Source: Bacteroidaceae bacterium (lineage in GTDB: Bacteria > Pseudomonadota > Gammaproteobacteria > Enterobacterales > Succinivibrionaceae). From it: 64,000 bases of DNA. Location: positions 7,145-71,144 of the forward strand of contig CAVHVI010000001.1 of assembly GCA_963639245.1 (NCBI GenBank). The letters run 5' to 3'. The first letter of the stretch is position 1. Every line of letters starts with the position of its first letter. Position numbers and translations under genes: made by a program. Positions 1 through 8,594 of this stretch are shown here, piece after piece. The notes below the pieces were generated by a model. It had not been told where the DNA came from. It ran no database searches and saw nothing but the letters and a program-made list of their open reading frames with translations.

Positions 1-2
1 TT

Positions 3-287
3 TATGTAGCCTCATTAGATGATTCTGCAGTGACTATCAAATGCGAGCTCTATGTAGCTGAGATCGGTAAGCGCAAGCTTGCAAACGATTATCTCTGCAC
101 TACCACCTTAGCTGAGTTTGCTAAATATGGTATTGAGATCCCCTTCAACCAGATGGACGTCAATATCAAGAATTTAGAACAGGGTGAGTTTTTAGAAGCC
201 TTTAAGCAGGGACAGCAGTTTGCCAAAGATGGCTTTTCTGCAAAGGCTCAGGAGCAGATATCAACGCAAGCTGAGATCAAAGCATAA
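3..287 (+). CDS. 3' end of a small-conductance mechanosensitive channel (MscS family), 5'-truncated by the window
   Basis: Frame is open from the window start (YVASLDDSAV...). C-terminal GIEIPFNQ resembles the MscS GIEIPFPQ motif. Confidence 0.7.
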   Translation, partial: YVASLDDSAVTIKCELYVAEIGKRKLANDYLCTTTLAEFAKYGIEIPFNQMDVNIKNLEQGEFLEAFKQGQQFAKDGFSAKAQEQISTQAEIKA

Positions 288-297
288 GGCTTGCTAA

Positions 298-375
298 AAA
301 ATGCTCTCAGAGAGGATTTTCTTTGAGAGCATTTTGCTAAGAGCGATAAAAAAAGAGGCAGCGCTTTTGCTGCCT
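298..375. terminator. Two hairpins between the convergent MscS and ferredoxin genes
   Basis: AAAATGCTCTCAGAGA/TCTTTGAGAGCATTTT at 298-335, and AGGCAGC/GCTGCCT at 356-375 preceded by an A run. Confidence 0.55.
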
Positions 376-398
376 TAACTTTTTCCAAGATTTGGAAA

Positions 399-590
399 TT
401 ACACCTGCATAGAGGGGATCTCTTGCTCAGAAACAGCCCCCTGCTCACATACGTCCTGGCATGCACCGCACTCGGCACAAAGATCAGGATCGATCTCACA
501 GTAGGTGTCATGTTCAGTGATGGCATCGCAAGGGCAAGCGTCTTTACAATCGCCACAGGCAGAACACAGTTCCTTGTCAATTACAAACAT
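399..590 (-). CDS. 2x[4Fe-4S] ferredoxin (63 aa)
   Basis: Two CxxCxxCxxxC motifs (CSACGDCKDACP, CAECGACQDVCE). ATG at 590. Confidence 0.92.
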   Translation of the reverse strand: MFVIDKELCSACGDCKDACPCDAITEHDTYCEIDPDLCAECGACQDVCEQGAVSEQEIPSMQV

Positions 591-679
591 ATTTTCACCA
601 TTTAGAATCAATGTACAAGCAAGCACTGAGCTTAGCTATAATGCAATAAATTTTTGCTATTTTATATGAAGTTTTCAAA

Positions 680-2197
680 ATGTTAAGCATAACCGACAAT
701 CTATCTCAAATTCATCAAAAAATTGATGAGGCCAAGATCTGCTCTAAGCGTAATGATGAGGTCCGTCTTCTATGCGTATCTAAGACCAAGCCTTTGGAAA
801 TGATACTTGAGGCCTATAAATGCGGTGAAAGATCCTTTGGAGAATCCTATGCAGTTGAGGCCTGCGAGAAGATCCAAAAAATAAAAGAGATGGGGATTGG
901 CGATATAAGCTGGCATTTTATTGGTCCTATCCAAAAGAATAAGACTCGCCTGATTGCTGAGAATTTTGATGTGGTGGAAAGCGTTGATAGGGCTATAGTA
1001 GTTGAGAGGCTTTCTAATCAAAGACCTGATAATTTACCTCCACTTGAGATTTATATTGAAGTAAATATCTCAGATGAGGAGCAAAAATCAGGCTGTGCTC
1101 TTGCTGAGTTAGACTCTTTATTAGAAACAGTCGCGAGTAAGTCCAATTTAGTTCTAAAGGGCTTAATGGGCATTGCCAAAGATACGGCTGATTTAGATGA
1201 GATTAAAGCTGAATTTGCTCATTTACAGCAGATCTTTAATGAGAAAAAGCAAAAATATCCCACAATTACAGAGCTCTCTATGGGCATGACTCATGATCTA
1301 GCAGAGGCCATAAGCTATGGCTCAACTGAGGTTCGCATTGGTACCGCCATTTTTGGTGGACGTATTTACGCAGAGGAACGTATGAACGATAAGCAAACTA
1401 TCGCCTTTATTGGTGGCGGCAACATGGCATCCTGCATTTTTGAGAGCGTGATAAAGCATCAATCTCCCCGCAATATCACCGTCTCTGGACCTCATATTGA
1501 AAAGCTTCAAAAATTTAAGGACAAGGGAGCTGCTATCACTACCTCAAATATCGAAGCAGCTAAAAACAGTGCCATTATCTTCTTAGGGGTAAAGCCTCAG
1601 ATGTTGACTGCGGTTTTAGAGGAGCTTGCAGGATCTGGAATTGATTTTGAAGAGAAGCTTGTTATCTCTATGGCTGCAGGCTTCCGCCTTGCATCTATCG
1701 AAAAGCACTTACAATCAACTCGCCTAGTAAGAATTATGCCCAACACTCCTGCCAAGATCGGTGAGGGCGTTACCGCTGTATCCTATGGCTTAGGCTGTGC
1801 CGATCCTGATAAGGAGATCGTACGCTTGATGCTAGGAGGTATGGGCATGGTATCTGAGGGTACTGAGCAGTCTCTTAATGTTATCGGTGCGGTTGCAGGC
1901 TGTGGTCCAGCCTTTATCTATCGCTTTATGGAGGCCATGATCGCAGAGGCTCAGCGTCACGGTATTGAGGAGAAGGAAGGTCGCAGGATCATGGAGCAGC
2001 TGTTCAAGGGTACTGCTGATATGGTTATCAACAATCAAGACAGCTCTGTTGCATCTTTGCGTGAGGCGGTTACCTCCAAGGGTGGCACTACCTACGCTGG
2101 TCTTTGCAAGATGACCGAGGGCAACTTTGAGGACATGATGCAAAAAGTTGTGCAAGCAAGTCTTGATCGTACCGCTGAATTTGAGAAAATGTTCTAA
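680..2197 (+). CDS. yggS-proC: Fusion of PLP-homeostasis protein YggS and pyrroline-5-carboxylate reductase ProC
   Basis: YggS motifs VSKTKP, WHFIGPIQKNK, LSMGMT, VRIGTAIFG, followed in frame by ProC motifs FIGGGNMA, RIMPNTP, GCGPAF, VTSKGGTT. Confidence 0.9.
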   Translation: MLSITDNLSQIHQKIDEAKICSKRNDEVRLLCVSKTKPLEMILEAYKCGERSFGESYAVEACEKIQKIKEMGIGDISWHFIGPIQKNKTRLIAENFDVVESVDRAIVVERLSNQRPDNLPPLEIYIEVNISDEEQKSGCALAELDSLLETVASKSNLVLKGLMGIAKDTADLDEIKAEFAHLQQIFNEKKQKYPTITELSMGMTHDLAEAISYGSTEVRIGTAIFGGRIYAEERMNDKQTIAFIGGGNMASCIFESVIKHQSPRNITVSGPHIEKLQKFKDKGAAITTSNIEAAKNSAIIFLGVKPQMLTAVLEELAGSGIDFEEKLVISMAAGFRLASIEKHLQSTRLVRIMPNTPAKIGEGVTAVSYGLGCADPDKEIVRLMLGGMGMVSEGTEQSLNVIGAVAGCGPAFIYRFMEAMIAEAQRHGIEEKEGRRIMEQLFKGTADMVINNQDSSVASLREAVTSKGGTTYAGLCKMTEGNFEDMMQKVVQASLDRTAEFEKMF

Positions 2198-2221
2198 ATC
2201 AATTTTAGGAACACTATTCTT

Positions 2222-2770
2222 ATGTACAATCCTTACGCCATCGCCGTGCTCATCGCACAGGCGGTGATTATGCTTTTCTTACTTAGATCCTTATTGCAGT
2301 CATCATCTGTAAGTTACTATCACACCTTATCTCAAAGCGTGGCCAAGCTTACTGATCCGGTGATACGCTTTCTGCCCTTTCGCCAAAAGCACATCAAGGG
2401 CTTTTTCTATGCAGGAGCTATCGTTGCCTTATTAGTGGCAATTGTATTTTGGCTGGTGATGTCCTTGTACTTTGGATCAAGTGATCTGCTAGCTGCTACT
2501 CCCATCTTGGGACTTTTGATGACGGTAAAGACCTTTGGTTATCTGCTCATCATTTTGCTGTTGGTACAGGCCCTGACCTCTTGGCTTCCAGTTACCCGTG
2601 GCGTAAGTCAGTTGTGTGCAGAGCTTACCTATCCTATCGTAGCGCCAGTACAGCGCATAATTCCTACCATAGGTATGATTGATATCTCACTGATGGTGGT
2701 CCTAATCATTATCTATGCTTTGAATTGGCTGTTCTTAAGATTGTTTGGACAGCTGTGGCTGTTCTTCTAG
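2222..2770 (+). CDS. yggT: YggT family membrane protein
   Basis: Two YGGT repeats (LTDPVIR; PVQRIIPTIGMIDIS). Usual position after yggS-proC. Confidence 0.88.
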   Translation: MYNPYAIAVLIAQAVIMLFLLRSLLQSSSVSYYHTLSQSVAKLTDPVIRFLPFRQKHIKGFFYAGAIVALLVAIVFWLVMSLYFGSSDLLAATPILGLLMTVKTFGYLLIILLLVQALTSWLPVTRGVSQLCAELTYPIVAPVQRIIPTIGMIDISLMVVLIIIYALNWLFLRLFGQLWLFF

Positions 2771-2780
2771 CAAAACTAAA

Positions 2781-2809
2781 AAAAGCCCTTGTTTATTATT
2801 AGGGCTTTT
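2781..2809. terminator. Bidirectional intrinsic terminator
   Basis: AAAAGCCCT...AGGGCTTTT between convergent genes. Confidence 0.7.
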
Positions 2810-2819
2810 AATGGAGTTG

Positions 2820-3089
2820 TTATTTCTCTATCCTCCAATTCTTTTTTCCGCAACTTGGACATTCATAGTTTTCGCACAGCCAAGCTGCAATCTCATCTGA
2901 AAACGCAGCTAGGGCAACACCACCTGTGACAAGTGCAATACAAATAGGCAAGGCAAAACCGGTTCCAGCAAAAAAGAAGGTAACCCACGCCAAAAAACCA
3001 AAACCAGATACAGTTCCTCCCAAAACCTTTAGAAATAAATGCTTATTTACCTCTTCTTCATGACCACAATGCTTACAAATCGCCTTCAT
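2820..3089 (-). CDS. Hypothetical small membrane protein with a split zinc ribbon
   Basis: CKHC at the N-terminus and CPSC at the C-terminus flank two Gly-rich hydrophobic segments. GGGAG upstream. Confidence 0.7.
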   Translation of the reverse strand: MKAICKHCGHEEEVNKHLFLKVLGGTVSGFGFLAWVTFFFAGTGFALPICIALVTGGVALAAFSDEIAAWLCENYECPSCGKKNWRIEK

Positions 3090-3207
3090 TCCGCTACTAC
3101 TCCCTGAAGTAAAAACAAAATGTTCTGTATCTTCTATACTAAGCGAGTTGTTTTTTTTGTCGTGATCTATTTCACCATTTTATAAAAATCCCATTTATCA
3201 ACAGATA

Positions 3208-5538
3208 TTATTCCAACGTAAACTCAGGGATCTCCATTTCATCTTCAGAAGAACCATCTTCTTCATCAGTCCCCTTAGGCAAAATCACCTCAATATAATC
3301 AACCTTCTGATAACCACGAGGTAATACTTCGCCAGCACGAGTTCTTGACGAGAGCTTGTTCTCAAGATCAGCAACAGAAATCTTTAGGATCTTCTTGCCC
3401 GCATGTACAACTGCACTACCACCTTGAGGTACAGCAGCTACTGCAGCTAAGCCATCCATACCCACCTCAAGCTTAGCGCCATTGATGGCTATGAGCTTAT
3501 TGCCACGACCAGAGCTTAACAAAGGAAGCTCGGAGGCCTTATAGACTAAGATCCTGCCCTGACGTGATGCTACTACTATCTTGTCCTCATCACGGGATAC
3601 TAGCTTCACTGGTGGTAACAGAGTTGACTGCTCATCCATGCTAATAAAGGACTTGCCTGCCTTCATGCGAGTAAGCAGAGCATCGGACTTACAGATATAG
3701 CCATAATCCCCAGAGGTTGCAAATAGATAGTGCTCATCTTTACGAGGGATTAAAACATATACCACCTTCTCCTCAGGAGATAAGGTAACCTTAGAGGTAA
3801 TAGGCTCACCCTGACCACGGGCAGAAGGCAGATCGGCAATATCCACGTTATAAACACGGCCTAACGAGGTAATAAAGCAGGCTGTCTCATTGGTATAGCC
3901 TGAGATCTTAGCCATAAAGCCATCACCACTACGATAGGACATGCCCTCAGCATCAACATTAAGACCACTAGCAGCTCTGATCCAGCCCATCTTGGAGACT
4001 ATTACAGTGACCGGCTGACGAGGAATTAATTCATCACCTTGTACTGCAACTGCAGCCTCATGCTCGCAGATCTCTGACATACGCTCATCACCATAGAGCT
4101 TGCGATCGGCCTTGATCTCTTTTTTGATTAAGGACTTTAATTTCTTTTCAGATGCAAGTAGCTCTTCAAGATCCTGCTTTTCCTTAGTGAGTTCATCCTG
4201 CTCACCGCGGATCTTAATTTCCTGGAGTCTTGCTAACTGACGCAGCTTGGTATCGAGCACATAGTCTGCCTGCATCTCATCAAGACCAAAGCGCTCCATG
4301 AGCTCAGCCTTAGGCTTCTCGCTTTCACGTACTATGCGTAATACCTCATCTAAATTGAGGTATACAGTCATCAAAGCTTCTAAAACATGTAACCTAGCAT
4401 TAACCTGCTCTAGACGATAGGAAAGACGACGGCGTACCGACTGATGTCTAAACTCAAGCCACTCTTTTAAAATTACCTTTAAATCCTTAACCTGAGGCTT
4501 ACCATCTAAGCCGAGCATATTGAGATTTACACGATAGGTAGTCTCAAGATCGGTTGAGGCATAGAGAAACTCCATCAGTTCATCGACATCCACCCTCTTT
4601 GAGCGTGGCACAATGATGAGCTTACAAGGATCGCTGTGATCGGATGCATTGATAACATCATCGACCAAAGGAAGCTTCTTCTTCTCCATCAAGTCAGAGA
4701 TTTGCTTTTCAATCAAACCACCTGAAACCTGATAAGGCATTGCGCGAATTACAATACCTTCCTCTTCAACCTTATATACGGCACGCATTCTGACGCTACC
4801 ACGGCCAGTCTCATAGATCTTCAAAAGCTCCTGATGCGAGGAGGTGATCTGAGCACGGGTGGGATAATCAGGGCCTTGGATGAATTTCATGAGATCGGCA
4901 ACAGAGCAATCCTCATGATCCATAAGATAGATAGTGGCATCAGCTACCTCACATAGGTTATGCGGAGGAATATCCGTTGCCATACCCACAGCGATACCGG
5001 TAGTACCATTTAAGAGAATGGCGGGTAATCTTGCAGGCAGATCCTTAGGCTCATTGCGCTGACCATCAAAGTTCTTAATCCATTCAACGCAGCCTGTTTT
5101 TAAATCTGATAAAAGGGCGTTGGAGAATTTAGTAAGCTTAGCCTCGGTATAACGATAGGCTGCATAGGATTTAGGATCTTCCTGATCACCCCAGTTACCC
5201 TCACCATGTACTAGCGGATAACGGAAGGAGAAAGGCTGAGCCATAAGCACCATAGCTTCATAGCAGGCACTATCACCGTGAGGATGATAATGACCAATAA
5301 CGTTACCTACAGTGGTGGCTGACTTTAAGGTTTGAGAATCAGGGGAGAGACCTGCCTCAGCCATAGCATAGAGAATACGGCGCTGAACTGGTTTTAGACC
5401 ATCGGTGACGCAGGGTAGAGCACGATCACGGATCACGCTCATGGAATAGTTTAGATAAGCATCCTCGGCAAATTTTTTAAGCGGGGTGCATTCGATGCCT
5501 TCAAGGCTTAATTCTTCTGGTTTTAATTCGTCTGTCAT
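3208..5538 (-). CDS. parC: DNA topoisomerase IV subunit A
   Basis: [39 protein letters not shown] catalytic Tyr, [10 protein letters not shown]. No GyrA box. Confidence 0.95.
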   Translation of the reverse strand: MTDELKPEELSLEGIECTPLKKFAEDAYLNYSMSVIRDRALPCVTDGLKPVQRRILYAMAEAGLSPDSQTLKSATTVGNVIGHYHPHGDSACYEAMVLMAQPFSFRYPLVHGEGNWGDQEDPKSYAAYRYTEAKLTKFSNALLSDLKTGCVEWIKNFDGQRNEPKDLPARLPAILLNGTTGIAVGMATDIPPHNLCEVADATIYLMDHEDCSVADLMKFIQGPDYPTRAQITSSHQELLKIYETGRGSVRMRAVYKVEEEGIVIRAMPYQVSGGLIEKQISDLMEKKKLPLVDDVINASDHSDPCKLIIVPRSKRVDVDELMEFLYASTDLETTYRVNLNMLGLDGKPQVKDLKVILKEWLEFRHQSVRRRLSYRLEQVNARLHVLEALMTVYLNLDEVLRIVRESEKPKAELMERFGLDEMQADYVLDTKLRQLARLQEIKIRGEQDELTKEKQDLEELLASEKKLKSLIKKEIKADRKLYGDERMSEICEHEAAVAVQGDELIPRQPVTVIVSKMGWIRAASGLNVDAEGMSYRSGDGFMAKISGYTNETACFITSLGRVYNVDIADLPSARGQGEPITSKVTLSPEEKVVYVLIPRKDEHYLFATSGDYGYICKSDALLTRMKAGKSFISMDEQSTLLPPVKLVSRDEDKIVVASRQGRILVYKASELPLLSSGRGNKLIAINGAKLEVGMDGLAAVAAVPQGGSAVVHAGKKILKISVADLENKLSSRTRAGEVLPRGYQKVDYIEVILPKGTDEEDGSSEDEMEIPEFTLE

Positions 5539-5705
5539 AGGTAGTTATTATCTAGCAAATCCACACGATCTGCCATGATCATTGATGCTTTTCTTAACTC
5601 AGTAGTGCGTAGCGCAAAAAAGAACTTTGCCCTAAAAATCCTGACGCAAGTCTATATCTGGCGTAAAATACGCGTTACATAGCTTTTTACTGAGTAGGCC
5701 TAAGA

Positions 5706-6392
5706 TTGGGCCCTTTTTTAAATCTAAAATCGTTATCTAAGCATCCTTCGGAGCTTTTTGTGAGACCCTTAGTTTACAGTATTATTACCTCGATCTTCAC
5801 CCTAGCATCATCACAAGTTTTAGCCTTTGAACCTCTCCCTGCAGATTTACTATCTCAAGCCATTACCTCAGGCGTCGAATACGACGAGGAATTTGACTAT
5901 ACCAAATTAAAAAGAGTAAATAACCTTCCCTTATACGCTAACGGAATAAGTAGTGCAGTTAAACGCGGCATTGTAGATAAGGTTGTAGTTTATAAAATGC
6001 GTCATGAAATGATGCTGATGAAAAAGGATCAGGTTATTAAGAAATTCTGGATCGCGCTATCAGATAGACCTGAAGGCAAAAAGCAGTTTGAGGGTGATAA
6101 GCGTACCCCTGAGGGAACCTATACTCTAGATTACATCAAAAATCATTCACGCTACTACAAGGCCTTCCACATTTCCTATCCCAATTCAGAGGATATAAAA
6201 TTTGCCCGCTCTTATGGAAGACGCGCCGGAGGCATGATCATGGTACATGGTCAGCCTGCAACTGGTGGTGAGTATGAGGAAACCGTACAGCGTACTAACT
6301 GGACCAATGGCTGTATTGCCCTTTTAAATCCTGATCTAGATTTATTCTTCTCGATGGTAGATGTGGGAACTCCTATAACCATTCATCCGTAA
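5706..6392 (+). CDS. YkuD-family L,D-transpeptidase/peptidase (YafK-like). Start codon uncertain.
   Basis: GDKRTPEGTY, FHISYPN, IMVHG and WTNGCIAL with the catalytic His/Cys. Confidence 0.85.
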   Translation: MGPFLNLKSLSKHPSELFVRPLVYSIITSIFTLASSQVLAFEPLPADLLSQAITSGVEYDEEFDYTKLKRVNNLPLYANGISSAVKRGIVDKVVVYKMRHEMMLMKKDQVIKKFWIALSDRPEGKKQFEGDKRTPEGTYTLDYIKNHSRYYKAFHISYPNSEDIKFARSYGRRAGGMIMVHGQPATGGEYEETVQRTNWTNGCIALLNPDLDLFFSMVDVGTPITIHP

Positions 6393-6485
6393 GATCTATC
6401 TTAGCTAAGCCTATAAAATTTCTATTTCTAGCTTAACATTCAATCTAAATATGTTATGACTATGATAGAGATTAGAGGTGTAATT

Positions 6486-6530
6486 ATGAAGATTTTGAAT
6501 GATGGTTGGGATGGCTACGGCCTCAGATGA
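6486..6530 (+). CDS. Putative 14-aa small peptide MKILNDGWDGYGLR
   Basis: GAGGTG SD 5 nt before the ATG, TATGAT upstream (6461-6466) and a terminator downstream. Confidence 0.4.
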   Translation: MKILNDGWDGYGLR

Positions 6531-6567
6531 AATCAGGGAGTCTAAGGCTCCTTAGCCTTAAATAAGC

Positions 6568-6599
6568 GGATGATGAGCATTCAAGCCATCATCCTTTTT
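6568..6599 (+). terminator. Intrinsic terminator
   Basis: GGATGATG/CATCATCC stem followed by TTTTT. Confidence 0.7.
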
Positions 6600-6652
6600 C
6601 TTGCTATGTGGGAGCACAGTATAGACGCTTTGAAATATAAAGCTTGACTATA

Positions 6653-7021
6653 TTAATGCCACTGATCCTCATCTGGAAACCAGACCACAGTTCCAAGCTT
6701 TTCATCCATTCCCTCGGCAGTAAAATAAACATCTGCAAAATGCACTGACAACACATCTTCTGCACTCTTGCCCTCAGGTACAAAATACAATGAGGCGCGA
6801 ATGATATCACCTTCCCCCACCTCTTCAGGATCAAGGAACATTTCTGTGCCATCAAGTGCACATTCAATCTCTAAAGCATCATTACCAGAGAGCTTTACCA
6901 AACGCTCATACTGACGTTGGTTATTCTCATATAAAGATTCAGATGCTGCGTAGTAAAGCTCGACAGCATAGCTAGACATTGCCTCAAATACGTCATCACT
7001 TAATTCATCTGGATTAAACAT
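6653..7021 (-). CDS. Highly acidic protein, probably HI1450/YciU-type dsDNA mimic (alternative GTG start at 7030)
   Basis: About 120 aa, very Asp/Glu-rich. LDPEE motif, FA.V.F strand and terminal VVW recall HI1450. AGGTGA before the ATG at 7021. Confidence 0.55.
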   Translation of the reverse strand: MFNPDELSDDVFEAMSSYAVELYYAASESLYENNQRQYERLVKLSGNDALEIECALDGTEMFLDPEEVGEGDIIRASLYFVPEGKSAEDVLSVHFADVYFTAEGMDEKLGTVVWFPDEDQWH

Positions 7022-7063
7022 ATCTCTCACCTAATAAAACAAGCTCTATTCAAAATTTAGCGC

Positions 7064-7091
7064 AAAAAAAAGGGATGCCCTAAGACACCCC
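7064..7091 (-). terminator. Intrinsic terminator closing the alpha operon after the second rpoA
   Basis: Minus strand GGGGTGTC-TTAG-GGCATCCC followed by T8. Confidence 0.8.
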
Positions 7092-7112
7092 ATTTTATAG
7101 CAATTCTTGCGA

Positions 7113-8099
7113 CTAATTGTCGAGATCCTCAGGAGGCCAGTTCTCTAGGCGCATACCCAAAGAAAGTCCTCTCTCGGCCAAAACGTCCTTAATTTCAGTA
7201 AGAGACTTCTTACCAAGATTAGGAGTCTTAAGCAATTCAACTTCGGTACGCTGTACCAAATCACCAATGTACTTAATTCCCTCTGCCTTCAAGCAGTTAG
7301 CAGAACGTACAGTTAACTCAAGATCCTCAACAGGGCAAATTAGCTTAGGATCAATGAAGGTGGTTAATGTAGATACCTCAGCAGGAGCGACGCTGTTGCG
7401 AATATCAACAAAGCTATTGAGCTGATCTGCGAAAATAGTGCCGGCAATTGACACTGCAACCGTCGGATCAATAGTTCCGTTAGTCTCAATGTTCAGGATC
7501 AATCTCTCCATGCCACCAGCGATGGGCTCTTCATGAACTGCAACATTTAATACAGGGCAGTATGAAGGGTCGATATTCAAACGACCGATGAAACGCTCTT
7601 CAGCACCATCATAAGATGAAGGATGATACTGATTAGGGCAGTAGCCACGACCACGAGTTACATGTAAACGCATCTTAAGATGCTTAGACTCTTCGGTAAG
7701 GTGGAGCAGTACAAGCTCAGGATTACGGATTGAAACACCTGCAGGGCAAACGATGTCGCCAGCGGTAACAGGTCCGATACCCTGCTTGGAAATTTCCAAT
7801 ACAGGATCGTCGTGCAATAAGCCTTCAACAGCTACTGCAACTTCCTTGAGATTGAGCAGTACAAGAAGAATGTCTTCCTGAATGCCTTCAACTGCACTGT
7901 ACTCATGCACAACACCATCGATCTCAACTGAGGAAATTGCATATCCAGGAATTGAAGATAGCATGATGCGGCGAAGAGCGGTACCCACAATGTGGGCATA
8001 CTCGGGCTCGAAAGGCTCAAGGGTCACTCGGTAGTTGTTCTCAGAGAGAGTTTCTACGTCCTTGATGTTCGGCATTAAAGAATCAATATTCTGATCCAA
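7113..8099 (-). CDS. rpoA: RNA polymerase alpha subunit, second paralogue (downstream of rplQ)
   Basis: [25 protein letters not shown] and a full alpha-CTD ([14 protein letters not shown]...[11 protein letters not shown]). TTG start with GAGGG SD. Confidence 0.95.
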   Translation of the reverse strand: MDQNIDSLMPNIKDVETLSENNYRVTLEPFEPEYAHIVGTALRRIMLSSIPGYAISSVEIDGVVHEYSAVEGIQEDILLVLLNLKEVAVAVEGLLHDDPVLEISKQGIGPVTAGDIVCPAGVSIRNPELVLLHLTEESKHLKMRLHVTRGRGYCPNQYHPSSYDGAEERFIGRLNIDPSYCPVLNVAVHEEPIAGGMERLILNIETNGTIDPTVAVSIAGTIFADQLNSFVDIRNSVAPAEVSTLTTFIDPKLICPVEDLELTVRSANCLKAEGIKYIGDLVQRTEVELLKTPNLGKKSLTEIKDVLAERGLSLGMRLENWPPEDLDN

Positions 8100-8141
8100 G
8101 GTCTTACCCTCGTCTATACAGTTGATTAGCAGAAAACTTGA

Positions 8142-8165
8142 TAAGGCGCGGCAAACCGCGCCTTA
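8142..8165. other. GC-rich hairpin between rplQ and rpoA2, without an adjacent U tract
   Basis: TAAGGCGCGG-CAAA-CCGCGCCTTA perfect 10-bp stem. Minus-strand 3' flank is TCAAG. Confidence 0.7.
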
Positions 8166-8174
8166 AGTAATGGC

Positions 8175-8564
8175 TTAAGCCTCAGTCTCTTCAGACTCAG
8201 CAGCCTGCGGTCTGTCAACCAACATGATGTAGGCAACGGGTGCCTGATCACCAGGGCGACGGCCGGCTTTAAGGATACGGGTGTAACCGCCCTTACGCTC
8301 AGCAGAAAGCTTGCCGATTACGGTGAAGAGCTTGTTAACAACAGCATCGTCACGTAAACGAGCAAAAGCTAAACGACGGTTGGCAACGGTATCAACCTTA
8401 GCCAAAGTGATTAAAGGCTCAGCAAAACGACGAAGTTCTTTAGCCTTGGGAACAGTGGTCTTAATAACTTCGTAAGTAAAGAGAGCATTAGCAAGATTGC
8501 GATACAGCGCTGCACGATGTGAAGCGGTGCGGCCTAAGTGACGGCCGGCTAAACGATGACGCAT
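8175..8564 (-). CDS. rplQ: 50S ribosomal protein L17
   Basis: [35 protein letters not shown]. Confidence 0.98.
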   Translation of the reverse strand: MRHRLAGRHLGRTASHRAALYRNLANALFTYEVIKTTVPKAKELRRFAEPLITLAKVDTVANRRLAFARLRDDAVVNKLFTVIGKLSAERKGGYTRILKAGRRPGDQAPVAYIMLVDRPQAAESEETEA

Positions 8565-8594
8565 TTCCTAATTCCTTCTGTAAAAACAGTTCGT

